Origin: Mobula hypostoma
Taxonomy: Eukaryota
Length of the DNA stretch: 64,000 nucleotides
NCBI RefSeq assembly: GCF_963921235.1
Contig: NC_086101.1
Location: 186,001-250,000, forward strand
Direction: 5' to 3'
Positions 37,146-50,890 of this stretch are shown in pieces; positions within the stretch are counted from its first letter, which is position 1, and every line of letters starts with the position of its first letter. The notes beneath the pieces were generated by a model, which made no database searches, was not told the DNA's origin, and was given only the letters and a program-made list of their open reading frames with translations. Position numbers and translations under genes: made by a program.

Positions 37146-38495
37146 GTGGTATGAATTCTATCATTTTAAGATCACTGCTTCCTAAGGCTTCTTTTACCTT
37201 ACGCTTTGTAATCATTTCTGGATTATTATACAAATTCCAGTCTGGAATTGTCTTTCTCCCATTGTGCTCAAGCAGAAGCTGTTCCAAGCATTCCCCTTCT
37301 TTGGAATGCAGCACCAACATGATTTGCCCAATCTATATGCATGTTGGAATCCACCATTCCTATTGTCGCCTTGCCCTTTTTATATGCTTTCTCTATCTCC
37401 TGCTGTAATTTGCATCACTTTTGTATCCTGGCTACTATTTGGAGTTCTGTATATAGTTCTCATCAGGGTCTTTTTCATTCTTGCAGATTCTTCACTCTAC
37501 CCACAATGATTCCACATCTTCCATTCCCATGTAACCTCCATCTCAGGATTTCATTTTAGTTTTTTTTTCTTTTTTTTTACAAACAAAGCCTCCCCAAACT
37601 CTCTGCCTTCCTGCCTGTCCTTTGAATAAAAGCTGTATCCTTGAATGTTAAGCTTCAAGCCAGGATCTCCTTTCTAGCACAACTCAGTGATGCCAACAAC
37701 ATTGTACCTGCCAATCTCTACCTGCGTTACAATATCATCTTCCTTATTCTGTATATTGGTGCATTCAAATATAACTCCTTCAGTTCTGTGTTTATCAGCC
37801 TGTTCGACATTGTCCACGTGAAATTAAGCCTGGCCTTTGAAGTCGATGATAGACCACACTGGTGGTAATGTGTGCATGTCTTGTTTCCCGACTGTGAGAA
37901 GGATGTCATTATACTGGACAGGAAGCTTCAGGAGGATTTTACCAGGACTGAGGGGCTTGGGTTAAAGGGAGAATGGATATGCTGGGTAATTCTCTGGAGT
38001 GCATGATGTTGAGGGTTTTCGCTTCTCGAGGTATATAAAATCATAAGGGTCTTAGATAAAGTGAGAGTATTTTTCCAGAACATGGCAGTACAGAACCAGA
38101 GGGCTCAGATTTAAGGTGAGAGGGACCGAAGAGGTACCTTTCTCACAGAGAGGAATGTGGGCAGATGGGATTTGCTGTCAGCAGACGCTGTCGATACCGG
38201 TATAATTGAAATATTTTGAAACAAATTTAGACATGTACACAACTAGGAAAAAGATAGATGGATTGCGGACAAACAAAAGGGACATGCTCAAGAAGTCATC
38301 TTAGTCTTGCAGATGGCAGAAGTGGGCCATGGGTTCAACATCTGCCAAAGCCATTCCGAGATCATCCTCCTGAGGAATCTCACCCTGGAGTCTGTCTGTG
38401 AACTGATGTGACGTCACGTCAGAGGGCAGCTCAGTGCACAGAACAGACAGACTAGGTAAGGACGGCAGATTTCATTCCTAATTGCACTCTGATAC

Positions 38496-38638
38496 TGTGT
38501 GTGTGTGTGAGTGTGTATGTGTGTGTGTGTCTGTGTGTGAGTGTGTATGTGTATCTGTGTCTGTGTGTGTGTGTCTGTGTGTGAGTGTGTATGTGTATCT
38601 GTGTGTGTGTGTCTGTGTGTGTATGTGTATCTGTGTGT

Positions 38639-38670
<32 letters not shown>

Positions 38671-38695
38671 TGTATGTGTGTGTGTGTGTGTGTGT
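38496..38695. repeat. Compound (TG)n microsatellite
   Basis: Directly visible. Confidence 0.95.
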
Positions 38696-39300
38696 ACATA
38701 CTGAAGTATTTGTATGTTGCAGTGTGTCGCCGCATGTCTAGTATGTGTTGACAATGCGTGACATATATATGTGAGTTGTTTAAAGAAATAAATTTCTTTG
38801 CCTGAAGAGAATGGTTTCCAGGTTACAGTGGGAATACAGTGGGTACATTGTTGAGGCTCTGCCTACAATTTTCCAGTCCTTCTTGTGTACGTGTGAGGGA
38901 GCTTTGCCAGGCCGGTTATGCTGTGTGTACTTCTCCTGAGATGTAATCTTGATCGATGTCAATGCTGGTTGGTGTATCGGGGCTCAGTCTCAGAATGCTT
39001 CAAAGTGGTGGCTTGATAACCATAATGTCATAAGACATAGTAGAAAAATTTGACCATTTGGTCCATCGCGTCTGCTCGGCTGATTCTCAACTCGCCGGCC
39101 ATTTCTCTGTAACCTTTGATGCCGTGTTCAATCTAGAATCTATCAGGCTCTGCCAATCTATCCAAATGAGATAGTCTCCACAGAAAATTCACCACCCTCT
39201 GCAAAATAAATTTCTCCGATTCTCTGTTTTAAATGGATGCGCCTCTATCGTGAAGCTGAACCTTTTTGCCTAGACTCACCCCCCATGGGAAATATCCTCG

Positions 39301-42300
39301 CAAACACGAGGAAATCTGCAGATGCTGAAATTTCAAGTAACACACACAAAAAATGTTGGTGAACGCAGCAGGCCAGGCAGCATCTCTAGGAAGAGGTACA
39401 GTCGATGTTTCGGGCAGAGACCCTTCGTCAGTACTAACTGAAAGAAGAGCTAGTAAGAGATTTGAAAGTAGGAGGGGGAAGGGGAGATCCGAAATGATAG
39501 GAGAAGACAGGAGGGGGAGGGATGGAGCCAAGTGCTGGACAGTTGATTGGTAAAAAGGATATGAAAGGATCATGGGACAGGAGACCTAGGGAGAAAGAAT
39601 GGGGGGGGGGAAGCCCAGAGGATGGGCAAGGAGTATAGTGAGAGGGACAGAGGGAGAAAAAGGAGAGTGAGAGAAAGAATGTGTGTATATAAATAAATAA
39701 CGGGGTACGAGGGGGAGGTGGGGCATTAGCGGAACTTAAAGAAATCAATGCTCATGCCATCCGGTTGGAGGCTACCCAGACGGAATACAAGGTGTTGTTC
39801 CTCCAACCGGACCGTGGCTTCATCTTTACAGGAGGCCGTGGATAGACATATCAGAATGGGAATGGGACGTGGAATTAAAATGTGTGGCCATTGGGAGATC
39901 CTGCTTTCTATGGCGGACAGTGCGTAGGTGTTCAGCGAAATGATCTCCCAGTCTGCGTCGGGTCTCGACAATGTATAGAAGGCCGCATCGAGAGCACCGG
40001 ACGCAGATATCACCCCAGCCGACTCAGAGGTGAAGTGTGGCCTCACCTGGAAGGACTGTCTGGAGCCCTGAATGGTGGTGAGGGACGAAGTGTAAGGCCA
40101 TGTGTAGCACTTGTTCCGCTTACAAGAATAAATGCCAGGAGGGAGGGATGTGGAGGGGGGGGGGGGGAGGAATGGACAAGGGAGTCGCGCAGGGAGCATT
40201 CCCTGCGGAAAGCAGAGAGAGGGGGGTAGGGAAAGATTTGCTTAGTGGTGGGATCCCGTTGGAGGTGGCAGAAATTACGGAGAATTATATGTTGGACCTG
40301 GAGGCTGGTGGGGTGGTAGGTGAGGACTAGGGGAGCCCTATTCCTAGTGGGGTGGCGGGAGGATGGAGTGAGAGCAGATGTGAGTGAAATGGGGGAGATG
40401 CATTTGTGAGCAGAGTTGATGGTGGAGGAAGAGAAGCCCCTTTCTTTAAAAAAGGAGGACATCTTCCTCGTCCTGGAATGAAAAGCCTCATCCTGAGAGC
40501 AGATGCGGCGGAGACGGAGGAATTGCAAGAAGGGGATGGCATTTTTGCAAGAGACAGGGTGAGAAGAGGAATAGTCCAGATAGTTGTGAGAGTCAGTAGG
40601 CTTATAGTAGACATCAGTAGATAAGCTGTTTCCAGAGATAGAGACAGAAAGATCTAGAAAGGGGAGGAAGGTTTCGGAAATGGACCAGGTAAGGTGAAAG
40701 TTGGAGGCAAAGTTAATGAAGTCAACGAGCTCAGCATGCGTGCAGAAAGCAGAGCCAATGCAGTCGTCGATGTAGCGAAGGAAATGTGGGGGACAGATAC
40801 CATAGTAGGTTTGGAACATACTTTGTAGATTGTTCCACAAAGCCAACAAAAAGGCAGGCGTAGCTAGAACCCATACGGGTGCCCACAGCTACACCTTTAG
40901 TTTGGAGGAAGTGGGAGGAGACAAAGGATAAATTATTAAATGTAAGGATTAATTTCACTAAACGGAGCAGAGTGGTGGTAGAGGGGAACTGGTTTGGTAT
41001 GGAATCCAAAAAGAAGTGGAGGGCTTTGAGACCTTCCTGATGGGGGATGGAAGTATATAGGGATTGGACATCCATGGTGAAAATAAAGCAGTGGGGGGCA
41101 GGGAACTTAAAATCATCGAAAAGTTTAAGAGCGTGAGAAGTGTCACGAACATAGGTAGGAAGGGATTGAACAAGGGGGGATAAAACCGTGTCGAGGTATG
41201 CAGAAATGAGTTCTGTGGGGCAGGAGCAAGCTGGGACAATAGGTCTGCCAGGACAGGCAGGTTTGTGGATCTTGGGTAGGAGGTAGAAACGGGAAGTGCG
41301 AGGTGTAGGGAACTATAAGGTTGGTAGCAGTGGGTGGGAGATCCCTTGAGCGGATAAAGTCGGTGATAGTGTGGGAGACAATGGCCTGGTGCTCCTTAGT
41401 GGGGTTATGATCGAGGGGTAAATAAGAGGAGGTATCCGCGAGTTGTCGCTGTGCCTCGGCAAGGTAGAGGTCAGTACGCCAGACTACAACAGCACCCCGT
41501 TTATCGGCGGGTTTTATAGTAAGGTTAGGATTGGTCCGGAGGGAGTGGAGAGCAGAGCGTTCGGAAGGAGTAAAGTTGGAATGGGAACAGGTTGTGATGA
41601 AGTCGAGACGGTTGATGTCCCGTCCGCAGTTAGCAATAAAGAGATCCAGAGCAGGCAGAAGACCAGAGCGGGATGTCCATGAAGCGGAGGAGGATTAAAG
41701 ATGGGAGAAGGGGTCATCGGTGGTGTTGGGAGAGTGCTTGCCGAAGAAGTGGGCCCGGAGACAGAGCCGGTGGAAGAAGAGTTCAGCGTCAGCAGGGAAC
41801 ATAAAAACTGACTGTAAAAGCTTTTATAGATATGTGAAAAGAAAGAGATTGGTTAAGACAAATGTAGGTCCCCTACAGACAGAAACAGGTGAATTGATTA
41901 TGTGGAGCAAGGACATGGCAGACCAATTGAATAATTACTTTGGTTCAGTCTTCACTAAGGAGGACATAAATAATCTTACGGAAATAGTAGGGGACAGAGG
42001 ATCCAGTGAGATGGATGAACTGAGGGAAATACATGTTACCAGGGAAGTGGTGTTAGGTAAATTGAAGGGATTAAAGGCAGATAAATCCCCAGGGCCAGAT
42101 GGTCTGAATCCCAGAGTGCTTAAGGAAGTAGCCCAAGAAATAGTGGATGCATTAGTGATAACTTTTCAAAACTCTTTAGATTCTGAACTAGTTCCTGAGG
42201 ATTGGAGGGTGGCTAATGTAACCCCACTTTTTAAAAAAGAAGGGAGAGAGAAACCAGGGAATTATAGACCAGTTAGCCTAACATCGGTGGTGGGGCAACT

Positions 42301-44325
42301 GCTAGAGTCAGTTATCAAAGATGTGATAACAGCACGTTTGGAAAGCGGTGAAATGATCGGACAAAGTCAGCATGGATTTGTGAAAGGAAAATCATGTCTG
42401 ACGAATCTCACAGAATTTTTTGAGGATGTAACTAGTAGAGTGGATAGGGGAGAACAAGTGGATGTGGTATATTTGGATTTTCAAAAGGCTTTTGACAAGG
42501 TCCCACACAGGAGATTAGTGTGCAAACTTAAAGCACACGGTATTGGGGGTAAGGTATTGATGTGGATAGAGAATTGGTTGGCAGACAGGAAGCAAAGAGT
42601 GGGAATAAACGGGACCTTTTCAGAATGGCAGGCAGTGACCAGTGGGGTACCGCAGGGCTCAGTGCTGGGACCCCAGTTGTTTGCAATATATATTAATGAC
42701 TTGGATGAGGGAATTAAATGCAGCATCTCCAAGTTTGCGGATGACACGAAGCTGGGCGGCAGTGTTAGCTGTGAGGAGGATGCTAAGAGGATGCAGGGTG
42801 ACTTGGACAGGTTAGGTGATTGGGCAAATTCATGGCAGATACAATTTAATGTGGATAAATGTGAAGTTATCCACTTTGGCGGCAAAAACAGGAAAACAGA
42901 TTATTATCTGAATGGTGGCCGATTAGGAAAAGTGGAGGTGCAACGAGACCTGGGTGTCATTATACACCAGTCATTGAAAGTGGGCATGCAGGTACAGCAG
43001 GCGGTGAAAAAGGCGACTGGTATGCTGGCATTTATAGCGAGAGGATTCGAGTACAGGAGCAGGGAGGTACTACTGCAGTTGTACAAGGCCTTGGTGAGAC
43101 CACACCTGGAGTATTGTGTGCAGTTTTGGTCCCCTAATCTGAGGAAAAACATCTTTGCCATAGAGGGAGTACAAAAAAGGTTCTCCAGATTGATTCCTGG
43201 GATGGCACGACTCTCATATGATGAAAGACTGGATGAACTAGGTTTATACTCGTTGGAATTTAGAAGATTGCGGGGGGATCTGATTGAAACGTATAAAATC
43301 CTAAAGGGATTGGACAGGCTAGATGCAGGAACATTGTTCCCGATGTTGGGGAAGTCCAGAACGAGGGGTCACAGTTTCAGGATAAAGGGGAAGGCTTTTA
43401 GGACCGAGATGAGGAAAAACTTCTTCACACAGAGAGTGGTGAATCCGTGGAATTCTCTGCCACAGGAAACAATTGAGGCCAGTTCATTGGCTATATTTAA
43501 GAGGGAGTTAGATATGGCCCTTGTGGCTAAAGGGGTTAGGGGGTATGGAGGGTAGGGTGGTGCAGGGTTTTGAGTTGGATGATCAGCCATGATCATACTG
43601 AATGGCGGTGCAGGCACGAAGTGCCGAATGGCCTACTCCTGCACCTGTTTTCTATGTTTCTATGTTTCTACGTACGCCGAACTCGCTGAGGTGCGGCCGA
43701 AGGGGGACAAAGGTGAAGCCCTTACTGAGGACAGAGCGCTCTGCCTCAGAGAGTTGAAGGTCAGAGGGGATGGTAAAGACCCGGCACGGATGAGAAGTGG
43801 GATCAAATGGGGGAGGGGAAGGCTGGGGGTGTCAGTGGAGAGGGGAGTGTTGGGGTGAGAGGAAGATGGAGCCTCTGAGGGCCCAGGAGTAGATGATGGA
43901 ATGTGAGGGAGACGAGGTTGCAGAGTATTGGTGGGGGAAGGGGAGAGGGGAGTCACAATAGCGGCACATAAAGACCCGGCCTGGAGTTCAGTGCTGGAGT
44001 TGCAGTTGGTGGTTGCGCAATCGCCTTGAAGGTGTCCATGGTCGTTGCTGGAGTCCGGGTTTTGAGTATGCTTTGGGGTGTTGGAGCCGGCGAGATGAAT
44101 GGCAGGAGCCACAATCTGAAGTTCATGCCTGCTAGCGTCGGGGCCAGCAGGTTCTGGCGTCTGCAGATGTAAGATCTTGCGATCCTTGCCTAACATGACA
44201 AATGAAAAAAACGGCGATTGCAGGCGTGGATCCGACGGAGGATGAAATAACGGGCAGGTCCATTACAGACGGCGAAGAAAGTGCCCCGAAGGTGTGGAAG
44301 GGTCTGGGACAGGGACGCCAAATAC
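39301..44325 (-). mobile_element. Long degenerate Penelope-like element interrupted by a CR1
   Basis: MDVQSLYTSIP, GVAVGTRMG, RYIDD, FLDL, YYKPTD, decayed GIY-YIG; tail with CTGACGA...GAAAC near 39400-39435. Confidence 0.85.
41791..43670 (+). mobile_element. Young 5'-truncated CR1 with open RT frame, same family as 11228-13080
   Basis: Near-identical protein to the 557-aa ORF; (TTCTATGT)n tail. Confidence 0.95.
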
Positions 44326-46092
44326 CTTATGATAACCCTTTCATTCCGGGAATCATTCTTGTGAACCCCCTCTGAAACTTTTCCAATGCCAGCACATTTT
44401 TTTGGAAAACAGGTCATCTATTATTCGCTTAGCTATTCACAGTAACTGAATTTTTGAGCAGCAATGCCCAAACTTTTGCACGCCACTGTATTTATATACA
44501 GCGAATTTTCGGACGCACACTTATTTGGAGGTGTCGGTGAGTTCAGCGATGCACAGAGAATTTGGGGATAAACAGATGTAGGCTGTGAGAACTTCTCCCC
44601 TTAGCAGTGAGAGGTTGAAAATAGAAAAGATATAGGACACGGATTTCTTCTTGCGTGCGGATTTTAGGGTTCTCTGAGATTTGAATTGTCTGTAGATGTG
44701 GACGTCGGTTGAATCTCAAGGGCATTTCATTTATAGAACAATGCATTTTGAATTTTCAACTTCGTTCTATCTTTCATAGTGTAGGCAGCCATTCATGAAC
44801 TGACAGAAATGATTCTTACACTGGGCTAATCTAATTTTATATGTAGGTGATATCAGTAGTTTGGGGGTGAACCCAGATTCCGGTGCATAACGACACGGCG
44901 AACTGTAGGGCAGCGGCGGGTATGGTAGGACGGAGTGATCTGGGATCATGCGATTCATAATGGTGTCACAGGTAGATAGGGTCGAATAAAGAGCTTTTCA
45001 TAATATCATAAATCAAAGTGCTGACTAAAAAAGATGGGATGTTATGTTGAAGTGGTATAAGACATTGGTGAGGCCTAATCTAGAGTATTGTGTGCAGTTC
45101 TTGTTACTTGCTACAGGAAAAAATAACAATACAATTGAAAGACTGCAGTGGAAATTTACAATACTTTTGCTGGGATTTGAGGAGCTGTGTTATCGGGAGA
45201 GGTTGAGTAGTTTAGGACTTTAGTCATCAGAACTGGAAAATGACGGGAGATTTCATAACGGTATGCAAAATTAGGAGTTTTATACACATGGTAAATGCAG
45301 GCAGGATTTTTCTACTGATGTTGGGTGAGACTGGAAATAGACGTTGCAGTTTAAGGGTGAAAAAGTGTTTCAGGGGAATCTGACTGGGTTTTTCTGCACA
45401 GAGGGTATTGCTGGTCTTGGAAGAGCTGTCATTGGAGGAGATGGATGTGTGTTTGATTGCATTGCAGAGAAGTGTGGATAGTACATGGATGGGAGTGGTA
45501 TTGAGGGCTATGGTGAAGGTGCAGATATGGGACTCGGCAGAATAACAATTCGATACGGACTCAATTGGTAAAAGGGCAAGGGATTTTAAAGTTGTTGAAG
45601 AGAATACAGACAAAGACAGCCACATGCACACAAGTAGATAAAAGCACAAATCCACCCTCATATCCACATACACTGAAACACATCAACACTTTCACATCTG
45701 CTTCCCCAGCTCTCCACTGTGCTCTGAGTGCATTCAGAACTCGATAGATATCAATGTGATATCTCCCTCATCTTTCAAAACTCAACGAGTTCAGGCCCGG
45801 AGCCATCAAACGCTCCTCATAGGTTCACACTTTAATTCACTGCTAAACCTCCTCAAATGTATTGAGTGGAGACTGTCCGAGTTCTCCCCTATTCAGATAT
45901 AAGTCCGTGAAATTTCTGTATCCCTTATAAACAATACAATGCTATATAGTTCCCTGAAACAGTGTACAGTCATCCAGAAGGGCTTCTTCTGCAGTAGCCA
46001 AGGTTTCTCAGTGACTACGCCGTCAGGATAAAGACCGAGCGCTGTCTGCCAGATGGTCTCTGACACAAACCCACACAGACTCACAAGAAGAC

Positions 46093-47433
46093 TGTCATGG
46101 TCCGGTCCTTGAAGTCAGCATTCCGGTTCAGGGTCTGGTCCGTCGGCTCTGGACTCCGAGACTTCAAGCTGTCCCTTGTTTGGTGGAGTTAATCATAGGC
46201 ACCTGATTCCTATCTTGGGGCTTGGAATATAAGTGACTTTGGGGTCGAGTATGAGCTGCTGGTTTGTCTTGTCAAGATCCCCTGGGAGCAACCTGCCAGT
46301 GGAAGGCTAGAGTGGCCACTTGCCATCTTTAGGCCGCGTTGGAGATCCATCGCTTCATGGAGCCTTCCTGTCGGTTGTCAGAGCTGTCTTTGCGGTATGG
46401 ATTCGGCTGTTTCACGGGCCAGCTGAGTGGCTGCCAGCAACTCCGAGCTAAGTAGGGATCCGACTGTTTCCATAGCCATCTGAGGTTGCTGGCCGTAACT
46501 GCGACTCGGAGCAACCCCGATGCAGAGATGGAACTGTCTGTCGTTTTCGGTGTTTGTCTTGTCTTGTCCTTGCCTCTAGGGGGCAGGTCAGGCTGTTCTG
46601 CCGTTGCCCTGTAGGGGGATATGTCTTGCCCTCGCCTCGGTGCGGTAAGTCAGGCCGTTCTACCGTTGCCCTGCGGGGGTATCTGTCTTGTCTTCTCCTC
46701 GCCTCCGTGGGGTATGTCGGGCCGTTCTGCCGTTGCCCTGAGGGGGTCCTGTCTTTTCTTGTCTTGTCTTTGCCTCTGTTGGGTAAGTCCGGCCGTTCTG
46801 CCGTTTCCCGACGGATGGACCTGTCCCACCTTGGTGTGGAGATGAAGATGAGTCCCGGCTTGTCTAAGGATAAGTCCCGGCTCTATGTCTATATTCTGTC
46901 CAGTCTCATGTTACTGTCGTGTTAAAGATGAGTCCCGGCTCTATGTTGATGTACAGTGCCCAGTTTGTCTTCGAGCTCCAGCCTCTGAGTTATCAGCCTC
47001 CGCATTCCAAGACCCCAGCAGCCAGCCTGCAGCCTCAATAGCCAAGACGCCAGCCTCCAAGCCTCAAGAGCCAAGACGCCAGCCTGTAGCTCAAACCTCA
47101 AGAGCCAAGACTCCAACATCAAGCCTCAAGAGCTAAGACCCCAGCCGCATCCTGTCCTGTAGTCATGTCATGTCCTTGCCTGGTTCTGGGGCGCGAGCCC
47201 GGGGCAAGACCCAGGTTCAGGGTCCTTGTCCAGTCTCTGGCTCGGATCCCAAGTCGAGGCTCCTAGTGCATTGTTCCTTGTTCAGGTTCCGCTTTCCGAG
47301 CCCTAGTCTGCGTTCTTGTCCCTGCTCCTTGTCTGTATCCTGTCACGTCCCTACTCCAGTCAAGTCCGGTTCCTTGTACTTCAGTGTCTGTGTCTTGCAT
47401 TTGGCTCCGTTCCCGACGCCTCCCATTGTGACA
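46093..47433 (+). mobile_element. Solo LTR (1.34 kb)
   Basis: TGTCATGG...TGTGACA termini; perfect AAGAC TSD at 46088-46092 and 47434-47438; related to the 18112 LTR. Confidence 0.9.
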
Positions 47434-48261
47434 AAGACGGACAGACACACATGCGGACGCATATAAACATGCAGAGATGCAGGCACACATCGATAATTTA
47501 ATAATGAATGCAGTTAAACCATGACCTTTTTAAGATGGAGGCAGTTATTTTGTGAACTGTTTGAAATGATTCTTGCTCTGGGATAATCGGATGTGCATGA
47601 GGGGACGTCAGCAGCATTGCGGGTGCACAGGGATTTGGGGTTGTGCACAGATTTGGGTGCGTCAGTAAATTTACGGATGCACTCGGAATTGGGGATGAGA
47701 TGAATCTTAACGGTGTTTCATTTATAGATACTCCAATAATAAATGCACTTTGAAGCTTGAACTTTGTTCTTGTTATTTGACTTAAGGTGGAAGCAGCTAT
47801 TTTGTGAATTGTTACAAATGATTCTTCCGCTGGGATAATCTAATGTGCATATGGGGGTGTCGGCAGCTACGGGGTTGCGCACGGAGTTGATAGTATCAGC
47901 TGATTTAGGGGTGTTTTGGAGAACATTCGGGAGCACAGTGATCTGGGGATATCCACAGAAATCGGTGCTTGTAAGTGAATATTGGGGTGCACGTGGATTT
48001 TGGAGTGGCGGTGGATGTGGGGAGGCACACAATGATGGATGTGCACAGGGATTTCAGGGTGCAGGCATATTTGGGTGTGCGGGAGGATTTACGTGTGTGC
48101 TGGGATATCGGCGGATTTGAGGGTGCAGACGGATTTTGGGAAATCGCTGGTTTTGGAGCATACTCATGGATTTTGTGGTGCGCAGTTATTTCAGGGTTCT
48201 CAGGATTTGGAGGTGTGACGACACCCAAAGTTGTTTTATTTATAGATACTTTCACAATAAA

Positions 48262-50890
48262 CCATAGAAACCATAGAAACTACAGCACAGAAACAGGCCC
48301 TTTGGCCCTTCTTGGCTGTGCCGAACCATTTTCTGCCTCGTCCCACTGACCTTCACGGGGACCATATCCCTCCATACACCTCCCATCCATGTATCTGTCC
48401 AATTTATTCTTAAATGTTAAAAAAGAACCCGCATTTACCACCTCGTCTGGCAGCTCATTCCATACTCCCACCACTCTCTGTGTGAAGAAGCCCCCCCCCA
48501 ATGTTCCCTTTAAACTTTTCCCCCCTCACCCTTAACCCATGTCCTCTGGTTTTTTTCTCCCCTTGCCTCAGTGGAAAAAGCCTGCTTGCATTCCCTCTAT
48601 CTATAACCATCATAATTTTATATACCTCTATCAAATCTCCCCTCATTCTTCTACGCTCCAGGGAATAAAGTCCTAACCTATTCAACCTTTCTCTGTAACT
48701 GAGTTTCTCAAGTCCCGGCAACATCCTTGTAAACCTTCTCTGCACTCTTTCAACCTTACTTATATCCTTCCTGTAATTTGGTGACCAAAACTGAACACAA
48801 TACTCCAGATTTGGCCTCACCAATGCCTTATACAACTTCATCATAACATTCCAGTTCTTATACTCAATACTTCGATTAATAAAGGCCAATGTACCAAAAG
48901 CTCTCTTTACGAACCTATCTAGCTGTGACGACACTTTTAGGGAATTTTGTATCTGTATTCCCAGATCCCTCTGTTCCACTACACTCCTCAGTGCCTTACC
49001 ATTAACCCTGTATATTCTACGTTGGTTTGTCCTTCCAACGTGCAATACCTCACACTTGTCAGTATTAAACTCCATCTGCCATTTTTCAGCCCATTTTTCC
49101 AGCTGGTCCAAGTCCCTCTGCAGGCTCTGAAAACCTTCCTTACTGTCTACTACACCTCCAATCTTTGTATCATCAGCAAACTTGCTGATCCAATTTACCA
49201 CATTATCATCCAGATCATTGATATAGATGACAAATAACAATGGACCCAGCACTGATCCCTGTGGCACACCACTAGTCACAGGCCTCCACTCAGAGAAGCA
49301 ATTCTCTACCACCACTCTCTGGCTTTTTCCATCGAGCCAATGTCTAATCCAATTTACCACCTCTCCATGTACACCTAGCGACTGAATTTTCCTAACTAAC
49401 CTCCCATGCGGGACCTTGTTAAAGGCTATACTGAAGTCCATGTAGACAATATCCACTGCCTTCCCTTCATCCACTTTCCTGGTAACCTCCTCGAAAAACT
49501 CCAACAGATTGGTCAAAAATGACCTACCACGCACAAAGCCATGTTGACTCTCCCTAATAAGCCCCTGTCTATCCAAATGCTTGTAGATTCTGTCTCTTAG
49601 TACTCCCTCCAATAACTTACCTACTACTGACGTTAAACTCACCGGCCTATAATTTCCAGGATTACTTTTCAATCCTTTTTTAAACAACGGAACAACATGA
49701 GCCACTCTCCAATTCTTTGGCACTTCACCCGTAGGCAGTGACATTTTAAATATTTCTGCCAGGGCCCCCGAAATTTCTACACTAGTCTCCTTCAAGGTCC
49801 GAAGGAACATTCTGTCAGGTCCCGGGGATTTATCCACTTTAATTTTCCTCAAGACAGCAAGCACCTCCTCCTTTTCAATCTGTACAGTTTCCATGGTCTC
49901 ACTACTTGATTCCCTCAATTCCATAGATTTCATGCCAGTTTCCTTAGTAAATACAGACGCAAAAAACCTATTTAAGATCTCCCCCATTTCCTTTGGTTCT
50001 GCACAAAGCCGACCACTCTGATCTTCAAGAGGACCAATTTTATCCCTTACAATCCTTTTGCTCTTAATATACTTGTAAAAGCTCTTTGGATTATCCTTCA
50101 CTTTGACTGCCAAGGCAACCTCATGTCTTCTTTTAGCCCTCCTGATTTCTTTCTTAAGTATTTTCTTGCACTTCTTATACTCCTCAAGCACCTGATTTAC
50201 CCCCTGTTTCCTATACATTTCATACAACTCCCTCTTCTTCTTTATCAGAGTTGCAATATCCCTTGAGAACCAAGGTTCCTTATTCCTATTCAATTTGCCT
50301 TTAATCCTGACAGGAACATACAAACTTTGCACTCTCAAAATTTCCCCTTTGAAGGATTCCCACCTACCAATCACATCTTTGCCAGAGAACAACCTGTTCC
50401 AATCCACGCTTTTTAGATCCTTTCTCATTTCTTCAAATTTGGCCTTCTTCCAGTTCAGAACCTCAACCCTAGGACCAGATCTATCCTTGTCCATGATCAA
50501 ATTGAAACTAATGGTGTTATGATCACTGGAACCAAAGTGCTCCCCTGCACAGACTTCCGTCACTTGCCCCCTTTTTCGTTTCCTAACAGGAGATCCAATA
50601 TTGCATCCCCTCTAGTTGTTCCCTCTATATACTGATTTAGAAAACTTTCCTGAACACATTTTACAAACTCTAAACCATCTAGACCCCTAACAGTATGGGA
50701 GTCCCAATCAATGTATGGAAAATTAAAATCCCCTACCAGCACAACTTTATGTTTCCTGCAGTTGCCTGCTATCTCTCTGCAGATTTGCTCTTCCAAGTCT
50801 CGTTGACTATTGGGTGGTCTGTAATACAATCCCACTAATGTGGCCATACCTTTCCTGTTTCTCAGCTCCACCCATAAGGACTCAGTAGGA
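48262..50890 (-). mobile_element. CR1 with partial EN and a 702-aa RT frame
   Basis: VGDFN, ILDL, SDH, NYRPVSLTS, FADD; frameshifts near 50565 and 48490. Confidence 0.95.

Noticed and set aside
38452..38754. His/Thr- and Cys/Val-rich ORFs
   Set aside because: Translation of a TG microsatellite
41720..41790. N-terminus of the 611-aa ORF as a novel fusion
   Set aside because: Chance read-through from antisense Penelope sequence into a truncated CR1
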